Positions 37,277 through 50,115 of a stretch of 64,000 nucleotides of DNA are shown in pieces (the first letter of the stretch is position 1; each line of letters opens with the position of its first letter). Both the position numbers and the translations under genes were made by a program. This stretch comes from Pecten maximus (Eukaryota), in contig NC_047023.1 in assembly GCF_902652985.1 (NCBI RefSeq), positions 25,606,001 through 25,670,000 on the forward strand, in the 5' to 3' direction. The notes beneath the pieces are model-generated. The model was not told the DNA's origin and did no database searches. It saw only the letters and a list, made by a program, of their open reading frames with translations.

Positions 37277-39582
37277 CAATGTGTTTGTAAAACATGAATC
37301 ATAACTAATCCCCATGTATCGAATTCATCTCGGTGAATAGCATCATTTATCATAGAATATTTTCAGGTCTTTTAAAGACTTTCATAATTGTTTATTTCTT
37401 CTGAAAAGGAGACTTTAAAATAAAGTCTATGGGAATGAGATTCAGCTAACGTAAAAGCGATTTTAACCTGGATCACATTAAACTTCTTCGTTTGCAATTT
37501 TTTTGTCTAAAACTGTTGTTTAACACACTTGGAATATTTGTTAATAACGTCATGCTGCGGATATTTTGACCGTTGGATTTGAGAACTGAGCTATGTGGTC
37601 GCCATTAAAAAGACGGGGAAATCAATAGGCTATTACATGTATGTATATTGTGTTTAATTAGAACCCGAATGCATGCATGGTGCTGTATCTTTCTCGTGAT
37701 AAATGTATGTAATGTCAGCTTGGTGAAAATGCCTATATGTATATTGTTTGATATGACAGGCATACTTACATAATACTGCACATCGCGACAATCAGCAAAG
37801 CCTCAACTTGCGGACAGTGAGTGATAATGTCGTTGTTTTTTTTTTTTCAAAAGATCATTTGATTCTACTCTCTAAAGGTGATAAAATGTGGCATATGGCG
37901 TGACTTGCATCGTTTGTTTACATTTATCTCACTTAGTCCTTTGAGCTGATTTTACTAGGTTTATATACATGTAGTGACATCGCAGCGCGAATGTAAAGGC
38001 GATGGCATGTAAAAGATTTGATTAGTGCGCAATCCTTTTTTTCGCCATATAATTAGTTGAAATTGAAAATGTACATATTCATGAACTTACATCCTGTGTA
38101 TATATTGAAGACATCTCGTATGCATGACACTAGCTTACACCTAGATAAATTGAGTTATGTTAACATAAATGCCATTGAAGTGATATAAGGTTTTAACGAG
38201 AGATGACGAAATCCATATGGTGTCATTTGACATAACATGTAGTTAAATTCATTGTGTGTATATCAGTGTATATACAAAATATAATATTGTAGGTTCTACT
38301 ACAATGACACTATCTGAAAACCGAGCAAATTATAATATATGTATGCATACAAATTTTAATCAGTTTGTCATGCGTTCATTACACTGTAGATTGAACTTAC
38401 TAAGTTCGGGAACAGAGATAGAAATCCGAATTTTGTCTCATACAGAACATCTCATAAAAACAACGCCATAAACATTCGTAGCGATAATAGGTTTACATGT
38501 TTTTAACAAGAGGTTAACATATTATAATCTTGTAGCGTTCATAATATTTCATATGTCGTAATCAGGTTGACATCGTATAGAAATGATTCTGTATTCATAG
38601 AATATTGTATTCATTATCAATTTCATGTAAATGGATATCATGACACCGAAATAAAATGTAACAAATGTATTGATTGGTTGTTTATTTCTTTTAGTAATTG
38701 ATATATATATATATTAATAGAATGCAAATTTAACATAATGTTCTATCCTAAGATACATGTATGATTAGCGTAACGTTTTCAATTTACATGTGTACAATAC
38801 CTGGATTTTCCCTTTCCTTATGGTGAGATAACTTCCTCATCATCTATGATCAATATCTACGCATTGTGATTTTTCTGTGTCTTAATGTATCTTGCGGTTT
38901 CGTTCACTCCTGTGGAAATTTTTTCTGGTGGTTTTTAAATAGTTATGTGATTGTGTTAGTTCTCTCTGTTTGATTATCAAATTTTCCACCTACTCTTCTT
39001 TAGTTTTGGATTAAACAGTTTTATTCTTACTTAAATATCACACCTACTTTCACAGAACAGAGCACATCCCCTCTATTATAGAAAAAAGAACACCAAATCT
39101 CCATATATACAAATACAAATACAAATATAAAACACTGCACTTTTCAGTTACTAAATATAACCTTTTTTTCAATTATCAAAGACAACACAAAACTTTTCTA
39201 GCTATAAAAAACAGCAATACATTTTTCAGTTTCAAAATATAACACCACAGTTTTCAATGATTTATGACAACACCACACTTCTCATTAATAAGAAGACAAC
39301 ACCTCGCTTTTCAACAACACTACAGGTTTTAGTTATAAAACACAACTTTTCTTTAAGTTCATTACACTGTCAAATGATCAGAAATGTTCCCTTGTGTATC
39401 AATTAGCTAAACATCTGAGAAGATCCATTTTTAATTTTAAATGGTTTGGTTATTCTCACTTCATTCACAGATTTGTCTCATGTTTAAACCTGTTCAATAT
39501 TTCTCTGTTGCCTCCCTCTCGTGTTTTCTCTGTCAACCTCTAGGGTATGACATATTAATGTGCTCTCAAAAATTTAATGACG

Positions 39583-40392
39583 TCACGGCAACAATGCTAT
39601 GACGTCACGACAACATATTGATTGTCTAATCCCTTCTTTCTTATCTTCGTCCTCTTCGTCTGGAAAATCCACAAAAAATATACAAAACTCCTTTTGAATG
39701 AGTTTCCAAAGCCCAGCACAGCAAATTTTATATGAATACCGTTCGGAACATTCCACACACGGACAACAGATGCTCACTCGCCAACAAGGACAGAAGTATT
39801 CACAACACGTCTTGTCCGGGAAACATTTTCGTTTTGGTGGCCAGCTTGTGTTCCCTACACAACAACAGCACCATAGAATACAGCTCTGGGCACAATGGTC
39901 ATCAGGGCCGGGCCAGGAGACACTCGCGTGCTGTGGACAGTAAATAGGGTATGTAGTAAGTGGACAGTAAATAGGGTATGTAGTAAGTGGACAGTAAATA
40001 GGGTATGTAGTAAGTAGACAGTAAATAGGGTATGTAGTAAGTGGACAGTAAATAGGGTATGTAGTAAGTGGACAGTAAATAGGGTATGTAGTAAGTGGAC
40101 AGTAAATAGGGTATGTAGTAAGTGGACAGTAAATAAGGTATGTAGTAAGTTGACAGTAAATAGGGTATGTAGTAAGTGGACAGTAAATAGGGTATGTAGT
40201 AAGTGGACAGTAAATAGGGTATGTAGTAAGTGGACAGTAAATAGGGTATGTAGTAAGTGGACAGTAAATAGGGTATGTAGGAAGTGGACAGTAAATAGGG
40301 TATGTAGTAAGTGGACAGTAAATAGGGTATGTGGTAACAAACGCCAATCCTGACAGGTCGAGTTCAAGGGACAAACCACAGAGACTGCTCAT
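39583..40392 (-). CDS. Putative cysteine-rich protein with an in-frame 9-aa repeat (TTYPIYCPL x15)
   Basis: 269-aa ORF with ATG; unique sequence open in frame on both sides of the repeat; 20 Cys in the C-terminal ~116 aa; no family recognised. Confidence 0.45.
   Translation of the reverse strand: MSSLCGLSLELDLSGLAFVTTYPIYCPLTTYPIYCPLPTYPIYCPLTTYPIYCPLTTYPIYCPLTTYPIYCPLTTYPIYCQLTTYLIYCPLTTYPIYCPLTTYPIYCPLTTYPIYCPLTTYPIYCLLTTYPIYCPLTTYPIYCPLTTYPIYCPQHASVSWPGPDDHCAQSCILWCCCCVGNTSWPPKRKCFPDKTCCEYFCPCWRVSICCPCVECSERYSYKICCAGLWKLIQKEFCIFFVDFPDEEDEDKKEGIRQSICCRDVIALLP
39933..40337. repeat. 27-bp minisatellite, 15 copies
   Basis: Unit gtggacagtaaatagggtatgtagtaa. Confidence 0.95.
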
Positions 40393-41599
40393 TTATAACC
40401 CACAACACCTTAGGTTTGTAAATATACATATATCAAGACTATAATAAACAACTCGACACTAATGATTAAGCTTGACATCTCTATAGAACTATAGTTACCA
40501 CTAATGTATGATATTTACTGGGCATTACTAGACCAACAGACATTATTGTATAGGTGTATCAGATTTACTTCCCTTCTTGTAACGGAGTGTATGGAGATAT
40601 ACCGTATAACTTAAGGGTCAACTAAACAGCAAATCCAGTCAAAACAGTGATGATTTACAAGCCTATAAAGTCCTACTATGATACAATTCAATAGAAATAA
40701 TTTGATGGACCTTTAGTATGTATCATGGCAAAACGTGAGACTTGCTGTTGACATTTAATTTGTTGAACTGTTTGTAAATTTTAACAAACCATACGAAAAA
40801 TGCGTGTTTCAGGGGACATAATTAGTTCATTTGTATCGCATATATTGCATAAACATGTCGTCTTGCTCACAAGTGTCTAAATGCACAAAATAGGATTGAT
40901 TAGCATTGATTTGACCAGATCGATATGTATCAACACTGTTTTTATTTTGATCTTGAAACGCAAATGGCGGTCGTGAATGGTATCTCACAAATATGGGATT
41001 CAAACATAAAAATGCTCCTATTAGGCAATTTAAAGAATTATAGACATGGAAAGATGACTGCTGTAAGGAAAAAACTAAAACTGTAAAGTTTAGGGTAAAA
41101 CCTGCTTAGATAGAGGCCACAAACTCATCAGTTAAAAACTTTGACCTAAAAACGTCCTACTTACATTGATCAGGTGTCTTAAAAGTATGATATAGGACAA
41201 TTTTCATTGAATGAAATGCCTCCCTAAATGTTATGTTTGTGTAATATTATTCACTGCCGTCATTTGCATTTATACGTATATAAAGTAAATTCCGGTCAAA
41301 CAAATGCTCCTAACCTGTGCTAGAGACAGTTGTGAGCATAACAGCTTGGCTATTGTTCAGGTTTGGTCATTTGTACATGTGTAACTTAGAATTATTCGAT
41401 GCAACATCTTACTATAAAGTAAATCTATAGAAGAATCCGATAGCATCTACGGCAAATAATTGGTAATTGTACGAAAAATATCTATCAAAACAAACATAAT
41501 GGTATATTATAACATGACTATTTTTGTGCATGTATTCGTGTTTGAAATTCAACATCATCTGCTATATTGATGATCATTAACAATGTACGGGTATATATG

Positions 41600-44500
41600 C
41601 ATATAGGTGTGGGTGTATTGTAACTCTGTATAGAAATATACGTCTGATGTCTACTGTAACTCTATACAGAGATATATGTCTGGTGTCAACTATAACTCTG
41701 TATAGAGATATATGTCTGATGTCTACTGTAACTCTGTATAGAGATATACATCTGGTGTCTACTGTAACTCGGTATAGAGATATATGTCTGATGTCTACTG
41801 TAACTCTGTATAGAGATATATGTCTGATGTTTAATGTAACTCTGTATAGAGATATATGTCTGGTGTCTACTGTAACTCTGTATAGAGATATATGTCTGGT
41901 GTCTACTGTAACTCTGTATAAAGATATGTCTTTTCTCTACTGTAACTCTGTATAGAGATATATGTCTGATGTCTGCTGTAACTCTGTATAGAGATTTATG
42001 TCGGGTGTCTACTGTAACTCTGTATAGAGATATATGTCTGATGTCTACTGTAACTCTGTATAGAGATATTTGTCTGATGTCTACTGTAACTCTGTATAGA
42101 GATAGATGTCTGGTGTCTACTGTAACTCTGTATAGAGATATATGTCTGGTGTCTACTGTAACTCTGTATTGAGATATATGTCTGATGTCTGCTGTAACTC
42201 TGTATAGAGATAAATGTCTGATGTCTACTGTAACTCTGTATAGAGATATATGTCTGGTGTCTACTGTAACTCTGTATAGAGATATGTCTTTTCTCTACTG
42301 TAACTCTGTATAGAGATATATGTCTGATGTCTGCTGTAACTCTGTATAGAGATTTATGTCGGGTGTCTACTGTAACTATGTATAGAGATATATGTCTGAT
42401 GTATACTGTAACTCTGTATAGAGATATATGTCTGATGTCTACTGTAACTCTGTATAGAGATATTTGTCTGATGTCTACTGTAACTCTGTATAGAGATAGA
42501 TGTCTGGTGTCTACTGTAACTCTGTATAGAGATATATGTCTGGTGTCTACTGTAACTCTGTATTGAGATATATGTCTGATGTCTGCTGTAACTCTGTATA
42601 GAGATAAATGTCTGATGTCTACTGTAACTCTGTATAGAGATATATGTCTGATGTCTACTGTAACTCTGTATAGAGATATATGTCTGATGTCTATTGTAAC
42701 TCTGTATAGAGATATTTGTCTGATGTCTACTGTAACTCTGTATAGAGATAAATGTCTGATGTCTACTGTAACTCTGTATAGAGATATATGTCTGATGTCT
42801 ACTGTAACTCTGTATAGAGATATATGTCTGATGTCTGCTGTAACTCTGTATAGAGATAAATGTCTGATGTCTACTGTAACTCTGTATAGAGATATATGTC
42901 TGGTGTCTCCTGTAACTCTGTATAGAGATATATGTCTGATGTCTACTGTAACTCTGTATAGAGATATATGTCTGATGTCTACTGTAACTCTGTATAGAGA
43001 TATATGTCTGATATCTACTGTAACTCTGTATAGAGATATATGTCTGATGTCTACTGTAATTCTGTATAGATATATATGTCTGGTGTCTACTGTAACTCTG
43101 TATACAGATATATGCCTGATTTCTACTGTAACTCTGTATAGAGATATATGTCTGGTGTCTACTGTAATTCTGTATAGATATATATGTCTGGTGTCTACTG
43201 TAATTCTGTATAGATATATATGTCTGGTGTCTACTGTAACTCTGTATACAGATATATGCCTGATTTCTACTGTAACTCTGTATAGAGATATATGTCTGGT
43301 GTCTACTGTAACTCTGTATAGAGATATATGTCTGATGTCTACTGTAATTCTGTATAGATATATATGTCTGGTGTCTACTGTAACTCTGTATACAGATATA
43401 TGTCTGGTGTCTACTGTAACTATGTATAGAGATATATGTCTGGTGTCTACTGTAACTCTGTATAGAGATATATGTCTGGTGTCTACTGTAACTCTGTATA
43501 GAGATATATGTCTGGTGTCTACTGTAACTCTGTATAGAGATATATGTCTGGTGTCTACTGTAACTCTGTATAGAGATATATGTCTGGTGTCTACTGTAAC
43601 TCTGTATAGAGATATATGTCTGGTGTCTACTGTAGCTCTGTATAGAGATATATGTCTGGTGTCTACTGTAACTCTGTATAGAGATATATGTCTGGTGTCT
43701 ACTGTAACTCTGTATAGAGATATATGTCTGGTGTCTACTGTAACTCTGTATAGATATATGTCTGATGTCTACTGTAACTCTGTATAGAGATATATGTCTG
43801 GTGTCTACTGTAACTCTGTATAGAGATATATGTCTGATGTCTACTGTAACTCTGTATAGAGATATATGTCTGATGTCTACTGTAACTCTGTATAGAGATA
43901 TATGTCTGGTGTCTACTGTAACTCTGTATAGAGATATATGTCTGGTGTCTACTGTAACTCTGTATAGAGATATATGTCTGATGTCTACTGTAACTCTGTA
44001 TAGAGATATATGTCTGGTGTCTACTGTAACTCTGTATAGAGATATATGTCTGATGTCTACTGTAACTCTGTATAGAGATAAATGTCTGATGTCTACTGTA
44101 ACTCTGTATAGAGATATATGTCTTATGTCTACTGTAACTCTGTATAGAGATATATGTCTGGTGTCTACTGTAACTCTGTAAAGAGATATATGTCTGATGT
44201 CTACTGTAACTCTGTATAGAGATATATGTCTGATGTCTACTGTAACTCTGTATAGAGATATATGTCTAATGTCTACTGTAACTCTGTATAGAGATATATG
44301 TCTGGTGTCTACTGTAACTCTGTAAAAAGATATATGTCTGATGTCTACTGTAACTCTGTATAGAGATATATGTCTGGTGTCTACTGTAACTCTGTATAGA
44401 TATATGTCTGATGTCTACTGTAACTCTGTATAGAGATATATGTCTGATGTCTACTGTAACTCTGTATAGAGATATATGTCTGGTGTCTACTGTAACTCTG

Positions 44501-45122
44501 TATAGAGATATATGTCTGGTGTCTACTGTAACTCTGTATAGAGATATATGTCTGATGTCTACTGTAACTCTGTATAGAGATAAATGTCTGATGTCTACTG
44601 TAACTCTGTATAGAGATATATGTCTTATGTCTACTGTAACTCTGTATAGAGATATATGTCTGGTGTCTACTGTAACTCTGTAAAGAGATATATGTCTGAT
44701 GTCTACTGTAACTCTGTATAGAGATATATGTCTGGTGTCTACTGTAACTCTGTAAAGAGATATATGTCTGATGTCTACTGTAACTCTGTATAGAGATATA
44801 TGTCTGATGTCTACTGTAACTCTGTATAGAGATAGATGTCTAATGTCTACTGTAACTCTGTATAGAGATATATGTCTGGTGTCTACTGTAACTCTGTAAA
44901 GAGATATATGTCTGATGTCTACTGTAACTCTGTATAGAGATATATGTCTGGTGTCTACTGTAACTCTGTAAAGAGATATATGTCTGATGTCTACTGTAAC
45001 TCTGTATAGAGATATATGTCTGATGTCTACTGTAACTCTGTATAGAGATATATGTCTGATGTCTACTGTAACTCTGTATAGAGATATATGTCTGATGTCT
45101 ACTGTAACTCTGTATAGAGATC
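41600..45122. repeat. 36-bp minisatellite, ~98 copies
   Basis: Unit gtctactgtaactctgtatagagatatatgtctg(a/g)t. Confidence 0.97.
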
Positions 45123-45600
45123 AGACTGTTTTTTACATGAAATAAACTGCCGCTGTATCTGATTAACTTTGTTTAGAAACATGAACATGTTTTACAAGCA
45201 ATGCTATATATTCAAATATAGATAACAACAAATAACTGTTCCAGTATTTCTAAATATATCGACTTTTTAAAAATAAATATTGCCTCTGTTATGTAGCCTG
45301 TTACTGTCTAATTTGACAAGTTTGGCAGTCAGAATTTCGAAATTCAACTAATATCTACAGAAATATCTAAACGAATTAAAAGAAAGGTCGAAGGAAATTC
45401 TACTCACCAAAGATCTTTTAATCCCAAACTTTTTGCAAACCTTGAAAATGTATCCAGGTGTCCGATTGAATTTGATCCCCTGAAGAGCGCCACGATGTAG
45501 CCGCGAAAGTACTAGGGATACAGCAGATCTGTGTTTGACTTTTTATTTCATTATTATTATTTACCGTCACATGGACATTTTAACTTTATTCTATATATAT

Positions 45601-45976
45601 ATATATGTCAAGTAGTAATAACGACAGTACAGACAAGTAAATTGTCAAATTTTCGAGGCAATCTGCCCCTTTATCAAGACACAGGTAAATTACATACGAT
45701 CACATATAGACATAATACATGGAACAGTTACACAAATATAGTAGGTATAAACAACAAAAAGTATCATAATGTTGTAAAAATGATCCCCCTCGGTCGATAC
45801 TAAATTCGCCGAGGGCCTATTATGATTAATAAGGAAACATCTTTGGTGGTGTACAGATGCTAAAAGTAAATGAATGAAGGAATGAATGAATGAATGAATG
45901 AATGAACAAATAAATAAATAAATAAATAATATAACTTAAAGGTTTAACAGAAAAGCATCGCGGGTCGATTCGATGT
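45601..45976 (-). repeat. 3' pseudo-LTR of the Penelope element
   Basis: Matches 49744-50115 except in the (ATGA)n/(AAAT)n tract. Confidence 0.92.
45643..45681 (-). ncRNA. Minimal type I hammerhead ribozyme (U3-A8 variant)
   Basis: Minus strand: TGTC-TTGATAA-A-GGGGC agatt GCCTC-GAA-AATT-T-GACA. Confidence 0.75.
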
Positions 45977-46729
45977 GATGGCAGCGCGTGTTATGTCATG
46001 AATGTTTTTGTTATTGTTTTTTTCTTCGATATGTACATTTCGTCCCGCAAAACTCGGCCCAAACAGCGGGTTGCAGTGACAATATCGGGTGGCCAATCCC
46101 ATATTAAAATTAGTTCGTTTAAATGAAATGGAACAAGTTTTAAAAACATATAGATGTAATTGTGTAGAAAGGTAAAATTTAGACATTAGAAACCAAACGA
46201 AAAGGTGGTCGAAAGATCCTATTATCGTGACGAAAACCGAATGTCAGGACGACTCGTCACAAACCGACATCATGTACTCGCCCAACTTATTCAGCCAATC
46301 AGCTGCTGTTTCATGTAAACCAAGTCCCTAAGGAAAGTGTGTTTGTGGGGCCTGTAGGGGTTGGTCTGATTAAATAACATATGGAGTGGGTACTTCCTAT
46401 AAGCGAGAATAGAGATTATAGGAATAATGTTTGAAGAACAAACATCATACATCCCTACTAAAAATAGGATGGCGTAGGACTACAGGTGGAAAAAAAGGCG
46501 GGAATCCCCCAGATGGGGGTTTCCCCGTCCGTTGTAAGGTCCTTTGATAACACATGTGCTCCTATATGCTATGAACCTGTGCACGATATTTGTTGTGTGT
46601 GGCGAGAATAGATATTTATTCCGTCATTTTAACTCCAAGTGAATGATATAGGCGAATAAATCTGCAGTTTTGACATATAGTGAGGAGTTTCTATTGTGAG
46701 AGTCCCTCAACTACGTAACATGAGTAGGA

Positions 46730-49426
46730 TTATCTCTCATTCATGCCGAGTGGGTAGCCGGTTTGTAGTTGGTTGATCCAATGTCGTTCCCTATTCAGGC
46801 GTTGCTGGTCATTCCAACCCCTGCAGTGGTCAATGGGGACAACCTGCATGTCGTGCCATGTGTGGCTCGGCATGTTGAAATGTCTCGCTACTGGCAAGTC
46901 CTGGCGTTTCTGTTTGATAGAACAACGGTGGTTATTTATCCTCAGATTCAGTGGTGTTTTGGTCTCCCCTACATACTGCATGCTACACTTGGCACACGTA
47001 ATAAGGTATATTACATTGGCCGATGTGCAGGAGACTGACTGAATGATGCGGTATTTCTGTCCATTAGTCTCACAATTGAATGAATTGGTGTTGTGAGTGT
47101 ACGGACAGAGTTTACATCTCTTACTGCTACACGTCTCGAAACAGCCATTGGCTGAAGCATTAGATGGTGAAGGTAGATTACCACTGACTACCAAATCTTT
47201 GATGTTTTTTGGTCTGCGGTAAGCTAGTATGGGGGGTTCCGGGAAAATACCCTGGAGTTTGCTGGACGACAACACGATGTGCCAGTGTTTCTGGAAGATT
47301 GTTGACAATGCGGGCATGCCCGGATGAAAGGTTACCACACAAGGTACTCTTCCAGTTTTCGGCCTGTCTTTGTATTCCAGTGTACTCGCCCTGTCCAATT
47401 CTTTCACCCTATCAATTTCACGATCTATTAGGGCTGCGCCATATCCTCTATTGAGAAGATGAGATCTAAGCTCTACACAACGACGTCTGAAGTCATCGTC
47501 GTCGGAGACGATACGCCTGATTCTCAAAATCTGGGAGTATGGAATGCTCCTTGTAGTGTGGGGTGGGTGACAACTGGACGGGCGAAGGTACTGGTGAGTG
47601 TCCGTGGGTTTACTGTATAAATCCGTGTGTATTTCTCCGTTGACGAGTGTGGAACAGGTGTCCAAAAAAGTATTTTTCTCTTCGGAGATGTCGGCAGTAA
47701 ACTTAATGGTCCGATGGAACTCATTCGCGAAACGAACGAATTCCTCGAGGGACTCTCTACCGGATGTCCACTTGATCTCGATGTCGTCAATGAATCTAAA
47801 CCAGCTGAGTGGTTTCGATGGGGCCGCTATTAGAAGCCTTGTCTCGAGATGGCCCATAAACACATTCGCGTAAGATGGTGCCATTTTGGTGCCCATTGCC
47901 GTACCACTAACTTGAAGATAGTGCTCTCCGTTGAATGTAAAGTTGTTCAGCGTGAGCACTAACTTAAGAAGTTCCACTAAACTATCTGTTGAAGGGTGCT
48001 TATTCCTCCGAGTGTCCCAAGCAGAACGGCAGGCTATGATTCCGTCCTCATGTGGGATGTTGGTGTAGAGGGAAACCACATCCATGGTGACCAGGAGTGT
48101 GTCATCAGGTAGATTACTACATGGCGTCTTTTTAAGGTAGTCCGTGGTGTCTTTCAAGTAAGATGGCAAGCTCTCGACATGGGATCTCAAGTGGAAGTCG
48201 ATGAACTTTGAGATTTTTTCTGTGGGGTGGCCAATCGAATTGATGATGGGTCGACCGGGGTTACCAGCCTTGTGGAATTTTGGAAGGAGATAGAAATTCC
48301 CTGCTCGTGGGGAATCGCAGCGCAAGAATTCAGCTGTATCCTTGTCAATATCTCCTTTAAGTTGTATCCTGCTGATGGCGGCATTGACCTTATTAGCATG
48401 CTCCACCGTTAGATCCTTATCCACTTTACGGTAGAACGTCTCATTCGACAATTGGCAATTGGCCTCCTGGATGTAGTCCTCTCTGTTCATGACAACTACT
48501 GCAGAGCCTTTATCGGCTGGTTTGATGACAATGTCAGTGTTGCGTTTCAGAGCCTGAAGTGCCTTGCGCTCACCCATCCCTAGGTTGTCTCTTTGGGTGT
48601 GAGTCATGGTGGTGTGATCGGATATCTCCTGTTTTACAGCATCTATGAATGCCTCGAGTGCTGGGACTTTACTGGGTGGAGGGTTCCATGTGCTTTTTTT
48701 CTTAAATGGATTAACAGGGGAAACCTCTGTGTCAGGGTCATCCGAGTCTTCGTCTTTGGCGAAATGAACGCGAAGAAGGAGTCTTCTGTAGAAGCTCTCC
48801 ATATCCTGCACCAACTCGGCATTGTTGGGATTCCGTGGGATGGGGCAGAAATTCAACCCTTTAGAGAGAACTGAATTTTCTTGGGCACTCAGAGTGTGGT
48901 CCGAGAGATTGACAACTGTGTTGACCATTTGCATGGTTCCCTTATGTTTGGGGCGTAGTCTTCTCTTTCGGGGTTTGTGGCTTGTTACTGGTGGAGTGAT
49001 GTTCATCTCAGGTGGTTGGCCCAGACCGTCACGTTGGAATTTGTTAATTTGTTTTTGACGGAGGGAGGTACGTCTTTAGCTCTCAAAATGGTGTATTTTT
49101 TGGACAAGCGGGTTCGTATCATAACCCGGTGCAGTTTTCAAATTGTTAAGATTCTGGGCCAGCCGTTTGTGTGCAGTGGTCAGTTTTTTGCTACATACTC
49201 CCTGTAAGTGTTGCAATAGTTTCATTTGGTAAACATGTAGGATCCTATCGGAACGTGCTATGGCTGAATTGGACATAGTGCCAATGTTTAGTGTGCACTT
49301 GAATCGTAGGCCTTTAGGAACGATGTCTGCCTGTAGGTACGAGTTGTAATTAATAGGGTGGTGTTGTAAATTAACTACCCGTAGGGCCTCTTTCTTAGTT
49401 GTTTTATACATGACTAAAGGATCCAT
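46730..49426 (-). CDS. Penelope RT-GIY-YIG polyprotein (899 codons) with one in-frame TAA at 49076-49078
   Basis: IVPKGL N-terminal motif, KPADKG, PGRPI, DVVSLYTNIP, GTAMG, RFIDD, FLD, CSSKRCKLC linker, VIYLITC..YVGET..R..HR..HF..H..E. ORFs 49076..49552 and 46730..49006 share a frame and are separated by the stop plus 23 open codons. Confidence 0.92.
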
Positions 49427-49743
49427 TGTTGTCGTAACAGTGGCTAAATGTAAACAGGTGTAAACTAGACAAATTACGGTGATATTGGGACAATACGGGT
49501 ACACAGACAGACAACAGAATATTACGGTGATATTGGGACAATACGGGTACACAGACAGAAAACAAAATATACTTAAATAAAAGAAACGGATTGGATAAAC
49601 CGGATCACAATATAGGTAGCCTAGATTATGATGCGTATTACTTCGTGTGATAGGTAGGGTCTAGTAAGTAATAACGACGGTATAAACCAATATAGGTACT
49701 GGATCCTAACAAACAAATGTTGGATGCGTATTACTAGAAATAG

Positions 49744-50115
49744 ATATATGTCAAGTAGTAATAACGACAGTACAGACAAGTAAATTGTCAAATTTTCGAG
49801 GCAATCTGCCCCTTTATCAAGACACAGGTAAATTACATACGATCACATATAGACATAATACATGGAACAGTTACACAAATATAGTAGGTATAAACAACAA
49901 AAAGTATCATAATGTTGTAAAAATGATCCCCCTCGGTCGATACTAAATTCGCCGAGGGCCTATTATGATTAATAAGGAAACATCTTTGGTGGTGTACAGA
50001 TGCTAAAAGTAAATGAATGAATGAATGAATGAATGAATGAACAAATAAATAAATAAATAAATAAATAATATAACTTAAAGGTTTAACAGAAAAGCATCGC
50101 GGGTCGATTCGATGT
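49744..50115 (-). repeat. 5' pseudo-LTR of the Penelope element
   Basis: Direct repeat of 45601-45976. Confidence 0.92.
49786..49824 (-). ncRNA. Minimal type I hammerhead ribozyme, second copy
   Basis: Identical motif in the 5' pseudo-LTR. Confidence 0.75.

Larger units (their letters stand above)
45601..50115 (-). mobile_element. Penelope-like retroelement (Neptune-like), near full length, with direct pseudo-LTRs
   Basis: RT plus GIY-YIG ORF; ~375-bp direct repeats at 45601-45976 and 49744-50115; 3' end in a (TA)n tract. Confidence 0.93.

Noticed and set aside
41647-44683. MSTVTLYRDICL repeat ORFs
   Set aside because: 36-bp minisatellite with frame-breaking indels and stops; no unique coding flanks.
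30823-45122. CRISPR-like appearance of the 27-49 bp arrays
   Set aside because: Head-to-tail units with no unique spacers, no cas genes, eukaryotic context.
49076-49078. Selenocysteine recoding of the internal Penelope stop (described for some Naiad elements)
   Set aside because: The codon is TAA, not TGA, and is not at a conserved Cys position.
46769-49207. Plus-strand ORFs over the Penelope element
   Set aside because: Antisense shadows of the GC-richer RT ORF.
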